Assembly (NCBI GenBank): GCA_040752795.1
Contig: JBFMGH010000073.1
Location: forward strand, 2,605 to 50,773
From: Cyanobacteriota bacterium
GTDB lineage: Bacteria > Cyanobacteriota > Vampirovibrionia > JBFMGH01
Direction of reading: 5' to 3'
DNA: 48,169 bases
Positions 47,700 to 48,169 of this stretch are shown one piece after another (the first letter of the stretch is position 1; each line of letters begins with the position of its first letter). The translations under genes and the position numbers were made by a program. The notes beneath the pieces are model-generated. The model ran no database searches, had not been told where the DNA came from, and was given only the letters and a program-made list of their open reading frames with translations.

Positions 47700-47870
47700 T
47701 TATACCAATATAGTTGATTTTAAAGTGCCATGGCCTACTAGAGTAATAGTTTCAGTTTTTTGTTGCCCGTTATTATCTGTTTCAAAAGTAATTTTAACCA
47801 TGTTCTGAGAAACATTTTCTTCTGTTGTAATTTCGTTTTCACTTATGTTTATTATTGAAGTCTTATGCAA
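47700..47870 (-). CDS. Unannotated 56-aa small protein (MHKTSIINISENEITTEENVSQNMVKITFETDNNGQQKTETITLVGHGTLKSTILV)
   Basis: Translated by hand; TTG start 8 nt after AGAGGG; long open frame in very AT-rich DNA; alternating beta-strand pattern. Confidence 0.55.
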   Translation of the reverse strand: MHKTSIINISENEITTEENVSQNMVKITFETDNNGQQKTETITLVGHGTLKSTILV

Positions 47871-48169
47871 TGTAGCTACCCTCTAGTTCTGTTACTATTA
47901 TGGATTATGGAACAGTCTGGTATTAATACTATAACCTATTATTTATATTTTACAAGCCATGAATTCAATATTAGTAAACTTAGTTTAAGTTTCTATATCT
48001 TGTTTACCCCTTCTTTTATGCTTTTATAACTATTATTGCTGATTCTTATAATTATTGGAAATTCTGTTCCTCTGTGTAAAATTTTTATTAGTTGAAATAT
48101 ATTTAACTTGGATTATTCATAAATCAGGAATCAGCGAGGAGGTTGCAGGGTGTGTTTTTTGTTGGGCGG

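Overview
A 48-kb, AT-rich bacterial chromosomal segment that is mostly housekeeping. It carries trkH-trkA, tRNA-Leu(CAG)-infC(ATT start)-rpmI-rplT, an orphan MsmX/MalK ATPase and a methanogen-type homocysteine cluster (DUF39 sulfurtransferase, NIL-ferredoxin, UPF0280). It also has a degenerate XRE/S24 repressor, pcrA, a cyanobacterial-type DprA/SLOG-like gene, an RpoD-family sigma, gcvT-H-PA-PB and rpsO-pnp-M16 peptidase-dut-ispG. These are followed by an arg cluster (two GNATs, argC, argB, an inserted NifX-family gene, argD), an HspR-like MerR regulator, a sugar ABC operon, a PilC/GspF-family gene, a WcaJ-type transferase, a REC-HD-GYP protein, galE and a 956-aa pentapeptide/coiled-coil protein. 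Gene content suggests (inference) a non-photosynthetic, probably anaerobic relative of Cyanobacteria (Melainabacteria/Vampirovibrionia-like). Two regions are most unusual. (1) A very AT-rich operon at about 42.58-44.12 kb encodes a sigma70-like protein lacking region 4, coupled to a Zn-ribbon/HTH protein (possible split sigma). Upstream are an unannotated 53-aa ORF and a strong-SD mini-ORF MKQFIKLEPP-stop whose CCC-TAA end opens into a +1 frame encoding a hydrophobic peptide. (2) An intergenic candidate sRNA at about 31.72-31.97 kb has repeated AGGAT/ATCCT mini-hairpins. No CRISPR array, rRNA, transposase or integrase was seen. All calls come from motif reading without database searches.
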